Shown here piece after piece: positions 58,674 through 64,000 of a stretch of 64,000 nucleotides of DNA (position 1 is the stretch's first letter; each line of letters opens with the position of its first letter). Under the pieces are notes generated by a model. It saw nothing but the letters and a program-made list of their open reading frames with translations, did no database searches and was not told the origin of the DNA. Origin of the DNA: Paenalcaligenes sp. Lineage in GTDB: Bacteria > Pseudomonadota > Gammaproteobacteria > Burkholderiales > Burkholderiaceae_B. Made by a program: the position numbers and the translations under genes. The stretch covers positions 3,332 to 67,331 of the forward strand of contig DATGSS010000099.1 of assembly GCA_035302345.1 (NCBI GenBank), given 5' to 3'.

Positions 58674-60956
58674 ATGAGCTCAAAGCCCGATTTAACCAAG
58701 CTGGCGCTCGACTATCATGCCCATCCCACACCCGGCAAGATCTCGGTCGTGCCGACCAAGTCATTAGCGAATAGCGATGACCTATCCCTAGCCTATTCGC
58801 CGGGTGTTGCTTCTGCCTGTATGGCCATCCACGACGGAGGGGACGACGAAGCCGCTAAATACACCTCGCGCTCAAACCTAGTTGCAGTGGTTTCAAACGG
58901 TACTGCAGTACTGGGCCTAGGCAATATCGGCCCACTGGCCGCCAAACCAGTCATGGAAGGCAAGGGCTGCCTGTTTAAAAAATTCGCTAACATCGACGTC
59001 TTCGATATTGAGCTCGATGAAAAAGACCCCGAAAAGCTGGTCGAGATCATTGCAGCGATGGAGCCTACTGTTGGCGGCATCAACCTAGAGGATATTCGCG
59101 CACCCGAATGCTTTTACATAGAAGACAAACTGCGCGAACGGATGAACATCCCAGTTTTCCATGACGATCAACACGGTACCGCTATTATTGCTGGTGCTGC
59201 GATTATCAATGCACTGCAAATTGTTGGCAAAAACTTAGAGGACACCACTTTGGTCTGCTCAGGCGCGGGTGCAGCAGCCATCGCCTGCTTAAAGCTTTTG
59301 GTTAACATGGGCATGCCCAAAGAGAATATTACTGTGGTGGACTCTCGAGGCGTTATTTGGGCTGGCCGCGAACCTGATATGGAGCCTAACAAGGCTAAAT
59401 TTGCGCGCGAGACCGAACTGCGTACCCTCCAAGAGGCCGTAGATGGATCTGATATCTTTTTAGGATGTTCTGCACCTGGCCTGATGACACCAGAAATGCT
59501 GAAAACAATGGCTGAAAAACCCATCGTTTTAGCACTGGCTAATCCCGAGCCCGAGATTCGGCCCGAGGTTGCCAAAGCTGCCCGTCCTGATTGCCTCATT
59601 GCCACGGGACGCTCTGACTACCCCAACCAAGTCAATAACGTTTTATGCTTTCCTTTTATTTTCCGTGGCGCCTTGGATTGTGGGGCTACAGAAATTAACG
59701 AGGAAATGAAAATGGCTGCGGTATATGCCATTGCTAAGTTGGCGCACGAGGAAGCATATGACGCTATCGGCGTCGAGAATGACGATGAACTGAGCTTTGG
59801 GCCTGAGTACATAATCCCACGCCCCTTTGACCCACGTTTAATTGTGCGTGTCGCACCCGCTGTGGCCAAAGCTGCCGAGGAAACCGGCGTTGCCCGTCGC
59901 CCCATCACAGACATGGAGGCCTATCGGCAAAAACTATTGGCCCTGACCTATCGCTCGGGCACATTAATGCGCCCGCTGTTCTTGCAGGCCAAAGAGTTAT
60001 CCGCGCTCAAGCGCATTGCTTATGCGGACGGCGAAGATGAGCGAGTCTTGCGTGCTGCACAAACTGCAGTCGATGAAAACATCGCCTTTCCTATTTTAAT
60101 TGGTCGCCCCAATGTCATTGATATGCGCATCCGTCGTTACGGTCTGCGCTTGCAACCGGGGGTCAATGTAGAGATCGTGGACCCAGAAGACGACTATCGC
60201 TTTAATGAAACCTGGCAGGGCTATTTCAAACTGAAAAACCGTCATGGTGTCACGCCCGATCTAGCAAAAGCACTGGTACGCAAACACAACACGATCATTG
60301 GTGCCATGTTAATGCGCCGAGGGGACGTCGATGGGCTGATTTGCGGTGTAACCACTCGCTTTTACACTCAGTTAGAACATATCCAGGACATCATTGGTTT
60401 GGATGAAAAAGCCAAAGTATTTGCGGCTATGAATGCATTGATTTTGCCGACTCAGAGTATTTTCGTGTGTGATACGCATGTCAATGAAAATCCAAATGCC
60501 GAAGAAGTTGCCAACATGACCTTGCTGGCAGTCAAAGAGGTACGACGTTTTGGCCTAACCCCCCGTGTTGCCCTACTCTCGCACTCTAACTTTGGTAGCC
60601 GCTCGACCGAGTCATCCCGCAAAATGGCCGAGGCCCGCAAACTAATCCTAGAGGTCGAGCCTGATCTGGAAATCGATGGCGAGATGCATGCTGACTCGGC
60701 ACTGTCTGATCGCATTCGCTATAACGCCAATCCTGACTCAACCCTAAAAGCACCTGCAAACCTACTCATCACCCCTAATTTGGATGCGGGGAACATCACC
60801 TATAACATCCTTAAGATGACTGGCAGTAACGGTGTTTCATTAGGCCCTATCTTGTTGGGTGCAGCAGGACCTGTGCATATCATGACGACATCCAGTACCG
60901 TACGACGTATTGTCAACATGACAGCATTGGCTGTTTTAGACGCCGCTGGGCGCTAA
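58674..60956 (+). CDS. maeB: NADP-dependent malic enzyme with PTA domain
   Basis: [32 protein letters not shown] motifs; C-terminal PTA-like domain. Confidence 0.97.
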   Translation: MSSKPDLTKLALDYHAHPTPGKISVVPTKSLANSDDLSLAYSPGVASACMAIHDGGDDEAAKYTSRSNLVAVVSNGTAVLGLGNIGPLAAKPVMEGKGCLFKKFANIDVFDIELDEKDPEKLVEIIAAMEPTVGGINLEDIRAPECFYIEDKLRERMNIPVFHDDQHGTAIIAGAAIINALQIVGKNLEDTTLVCSGAGAAAIACLKLLVNMGMPKENITVVDSRGVIWAGREPDMEPNKAKFARETELRTLQEAVDGSDIFLGCSAPGLMTPEMLKTMAEKPIVLALANPEPEIRPEVAKAARPDCLIATGRSDYPNQVNNVLCFPFIFRGALDCGATEINEEMKMAAVYAIAKLAHEEAYDAIGVENDDELSFGPEYIIPRPFDPRLIVRVAPAVAKAAEETGVARRPITDMEAYRQKLLALTYRSGTLMRPLFLQAKELSALKRIAYADGEDERVLRAAQTAVDENIAFPILIGRPNVIDMRIRRYGLRLQPGVNVEIVDPEDDYRFNETWQGYFKLKNRHGVTPDLAKALVRKHNTIIGAMLMRRGDVDGLICGVTTRFYTQLEHIQDIIGLDEKAKVFAAMNALILPTQSIFVCDTHVNENPNAEEVANMTLLAVKEVRRFGLTPRVALLSHSNFGSRSTESSRKMAEARKLILEVEPDLEIDGEMHADSALSDRIRYNANPDSTLKAPANLLITPNLDAGNITYNILKMTGSNGVSLGPILLGAAGPVHIMTTSSTVRRIVNMTALAVLDAAGR

Positions 60957-61003
60957 ACCTAATCCAGCTCATAAGCTGCATACAACAAAGTAGCACAGCC
61001 CAT

Positions 61004-61039
61004 AAAAAAAGCATGCGTGGAGTTTCACGCATGCTTTTT
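61004..61039. terminator. Bidirectional terminator
   Basis: AAAAAGCATGCGTG...CACGCATGCTTTTT. Confidence 0.88.
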
Positions 61040-61091
61040 GTTTGTCTGGTTAGGCGCTAAAGATTAGCGCCTGACTAATTGTGAAGATCAA

Positions 61092-62858
61092 TTAGACATT
61101 GGCAGGGATTTGCATGGGTCTGCCACGGGCCATTGAAAGACCACCAAAGGTGACAAACAGCCAAGCAACCGATGCAATCATCCAAATGGTATTACCTGTG
61201 ATAAAGGCCTGACCAATAAATCCAGCCATGACGACGTAGTAAATCATGGGGATTAGGGTCTTGCGAACGACCTCACCCTCGCGGTTAACCATACCTACAA
61301 CTGCACATGCTGCAACAACGTTGTGGACACAAATCATGTTACCAGCAGCACCCCCAACAGCCTGCAATGCAACAATGATTGCTGACTGATCAGGTGTAAA
61401 GGCTAAATGCTGTGCAGTAGAGAATTGGAAGTATGAGAACATCATATTACTGATTGTGTTCGAGCCAGCAATAAATGCACCCAAGCCACCTACCCAAGGT
61501 GAAATATTGGGCCAGGCATTACCTGCGACTGAAGCTGCACTTTGCGCAAGCAAAATGGGCATGCTAGCCAAAGAACCATCAGCGGATGCTGAGTGGATAA
61601 ACACCTGTACCATGGGCACGGCCAACAACAACGCAGGTGCGGCTGCGGACATGGTTCTTGCCGAGGCGGTAAAGCCATCCCAATATTGCTTTCCATTCAT
61701 TCTGAAAATACCGATGCAAAGTAACGATACCAAAATCAAAATCGCACCCGGCGAGAACAAGAACTGCGCCGAACTGGAAATATCAGTCGAGAACAGATTG
61801 GGGAAAGACAAGGTTGCACTCTCACCTGTGAGAGCAGATTTCACTGCAGGCACAGTACGGGTGATGACCAGAAGTATGACCACCAGCACATAAGGAGAGA
61901 AAGCACGCACCACGCTAAAGCGGGTTGCCTCGTTCTCGTCCTCGACCTTGACAGTGCCCAACCATTCGCGCTCCCAGTAGGCCTTTTCGGGGAACTGGAA
62001 AGTGTCTTTGGGAACAAAAAGCCCTTTGCGTGCAGCAGGAACAACGATCATCAAGCCAATCAGTGCACCCAGCATAGAGGGGAACTCGGGACCAAGCAGG
62101 CGAGAAATAATCACGTATGGGACGGTAAATGCCAACCCAGCAAAGATGGCAAAGCGCCATGCCTTTAGGCCCTGAGCAAAGGAGCGCTCGCTACCAAAGA
62201 ATCGAGTCAATAAGCCACACAACATCAAGGGAATAAAGAGCCCAATCAATGCATGCAGCATCGCGACATCATGAACGATTTGCAGGATATACTCGGCCGG
62301 AGTGGTCGGTGCAATCGCAGCGGCAACATCAGCCTTGTTATCGATACCCGAGGTGACACCAACAATCATTGGTGTACCCACAGCCCCGAAGGACACCGGT
62401 GTCGACTGAATAACCAACATCGACATGACTGCAGCCATTGCAGGGAAGCCTAGGGCGAGCAGCAAAGGAGCCCCCACTGCAGAGGGGGTACCAAAACCAG
62501 ATGAGCCCTCAATCAGCGAGCCAAAAAGCCAAGCCACGATAATGACCTGTACACGGCGGTCGGGAGAGACGTCCATGAACCCCTGACGGATCGAACTAAG
62601 CGCCCCGCCTTCTTTGAGGGTATTCAAGAGCAAAATCGCCCCAAACACAATAAATAATAGGGTAATAGCAGTAATGATACCGTTAACCGTTGCCGCGGCT
62701 ACGATAGCGCCTGAACTACCCCAGACAAACAGTGATAATAGAGCGGTTACAACATATGCGGCGCCCATTGAGAGCTTGGCAGACCGCCCTAAAACGACCA
62801 TTAGCACAAATACTACGACGATCGGTGCTAAGGCCAATAAGGTATAAATAGTACCCAT
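61092..62858 (-). CDS. lldP: L-lactate/glycolate permease (LctP family)
   Basis: [26 protein letters not shown] and GGAAGNMIC motifs. Confidence 0.9.
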   Translation of the reverse strand: MGTIYTLLALAPIVVVFVLMVVLGRSAKLSMGAAYVVTALLSLFVWGSSGAIVAAATVNGIITAITLLFIVFGAILLLNTLKEGGALSSIRQGFMDVSPDRRVQVIIVAWLFGSLIEGSSGFGTPSAVGAPLLLALGFPAMAAVMSMLVIQSTPVSFGAVGTPMIVGVTSGIDNKADVAAAIAPTTPAEYILQIVHDVAMLHALIGLFIPLMLCGLLTRFFGSERSFAQGLKAWRFAIFAGLAFTVPYVIISRLLGPEFPSMLGALIGLMIVVPAARKGLFVPKDTFQFPEKAYWEREWLGTVKVEDENEATRFSVVRAFSPYVLVVILLVITRTVPAVKSALTGESATLSFPNLFSTDISSSAQFLFSPGAILILVSLLCIGIFRMNGKQYWDGFTASARTMSAAAPALLLAVPMVQVFIHSASADGSLASMPILLAQSAASVAGNAWPNISPWVGGLGAFIAGSNTISNMMFSYFQFSTAQHLAFTPDQSAIIVALQAVGGAAGNMICVHNVVAACAVVGMVNREGEVVRKTLIPMIYYVVMAGFIGQAFITGNTIWMIASVAWLFVTFGGLSMARGRPMQIPANV

Positions 62859-62936
62859 GAATTAAAACTCCTTGGCTAGCAAAAAGATGGCAAATGCGCC
62901 ATTTCTTGTTTTCAGAACGTGATAACCCCACGTAAT

Positions 62937-62951
62937 CAGGTACTATACCTG
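62937..62951. promoter_or_regulatory. Palindromic candidate operator upstream of lactate permease
   Basis: CAGGTA-CTA-TACCTG. Confidence 0.5.
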
Positions 62952-63006
62952 CTGTTATTACCTTTTCTTATTCGCAAAAACCCTGTATTGATTTCCAAAA
63001 AGCCAC

Positions 63007-63035
63007 AAAAAAACGGCTTCACATGGAAGCCGTTT
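63007..63035 (-). terminator. Terminator after gltA
   Basis: AAACGGCTTC...GAAGCCGTTT with A7. Confidence 0.85.
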
Positions 63036-63081
63036 CCAATATAAGCTGTTCCAAAACGAGAAACAGCGACGCAGTTGTGGA

Positions 63082-64000
63082 TTATTTTATGCTGCGCTCG
63101 GTAGAGCCCACATATAACTGACGAGGACGACCAATGCGGAAATCTTCATCGGTGATCATCTCATCCCACTGGGCGATCCAGCCAGCTGTACGTGCCAGCG
63201 CAAAAATACCGGTAAACATATCTGTTGGGATACCAATCGCACGCTGTACGATTCCGGAGTAGAAATCAACGTTGGGGTACAGGCGACGCTCGACAAAGTA
63301 ATCATCTTCGAGAGCGATACGCTCAAGTTCCATGGCCAGCTTGAACAGTGGATCGTCTTCTAGACCCAAGGCCTCGAGAACCTCTTTACATGTTTCTTGC
63401 ATGAGCTTGGCGCGTGGGTCATAGTTTTTGTAAACACGGTGACCAAAGCCCATCAGACGCACACCTGAGGTGCGGTCTTTGACCTGCTCCATAAACTCGC
63501 CGACCTTGGCGACGCCGCCCTGGGCGTGTAATTGCTCGAGCATATTGAGGCAAGCCTCGTTAGCGCCCCCGTGCGCTGGACCCCACAGACATGCAATCCC
63601 GGCAGCAATGGCTGCATAGGGGTTTGTACCAGAGGAACCACACAAACGGACGGTAGAGGTTGATGCGTTCTGCTCGTGGTCAGCGTGCAAAATAAAGATG
63701 CGGTCCAATGCGCGCTCGACCACATCGTTGACCTGGTAGTCCTCGCATGGGGTACCAAACATCATGCGCAGGAAATTACCAGTGTAGGACAGGTCATTTT
63801 GAGGATACATAAAGGGCTGTCCAACGCCATATTTATAGGCCATGGCGACGATGGTTGGCAGCTTGGCAATCAAGCGAATCGCTGAAATGCGACGATCCTC
63901 GGGATTATTGATATCTAACTGGTCGTGATAAAAGGCGGACATCGCCCCTACCATACCTGTCAAAATTGCCATGGGGTGTGCATCATGGTGAAAACCACGT
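63082..64000 (-). CDS. gltA: Type II citrate synthase, 5' part outside window
   Basis: [24 protein letters not shown] and YPNVDFYSG motifs. Confidence 0.97.
   Translation of the reverse strand, partial: RGFHHDAHPMAILTGMVGAMSAFYHDQLDINNPEDRRISAIRLIAKLPTIVAMAYKYGVGQPFMYPQNDLSYTGNFLRMMFGTPCEDYQVNDVVERALDRIFILHADHEQNASTSTVRLCGSSGTNPYAAIAAGIACLWGPAHGGANEACLNMLEQLHAQGGVAKVGEFMEQVKDRTSGVRLMGFGHRVYKNYDPRAKLMQETCKEVLEALGLEDDPLFKLAMELERIALEDDYFVERRLYPNVDFYSGIVQRAIGIPTDMFTGIFALARTAGWIAQWDEMITDEDFRIGRPRQLYVGSTERSIK

Overview
This is a chromosomal window from a roughly 50% GC betaproteobacterium, most likely Alcaligenaceae. The assignment is inferred from the Bug-family binding proteins, the rluD-pgeF-phaC-phaB-phaR and sucA-sucB-lpdA-zapE gene orders, and a sucA RNA motif. 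I found no rRNA, tRNA, CRISPR array, transposase or prophage. The right half is largely housekeeping: PHA genes, bamD, yoaA, tex, trpS, TCA genes, maeB, lactate permease and gltA. The left half is accessory metabolism and transport. The strongest candidate for an undescribed system is an atypical xseA-xseB pair. Its XseA has an N-terminal DUF5710-like domain and seven 22-aa helical repeats, and its XseB has an acidic tail ending in DDIPF, the SSB C-terminal interaction tip. Other candidates are a periplasmic rhodanese-YeeE operon with an unannotated 53-aa Cys-tailed membrane peptide, a Tat-exported SQR with a membrane partner, and a patatin-acetoacetate decarboxylase-BdhA operon. All family assignments come from motif recognition by eye, not database searches.
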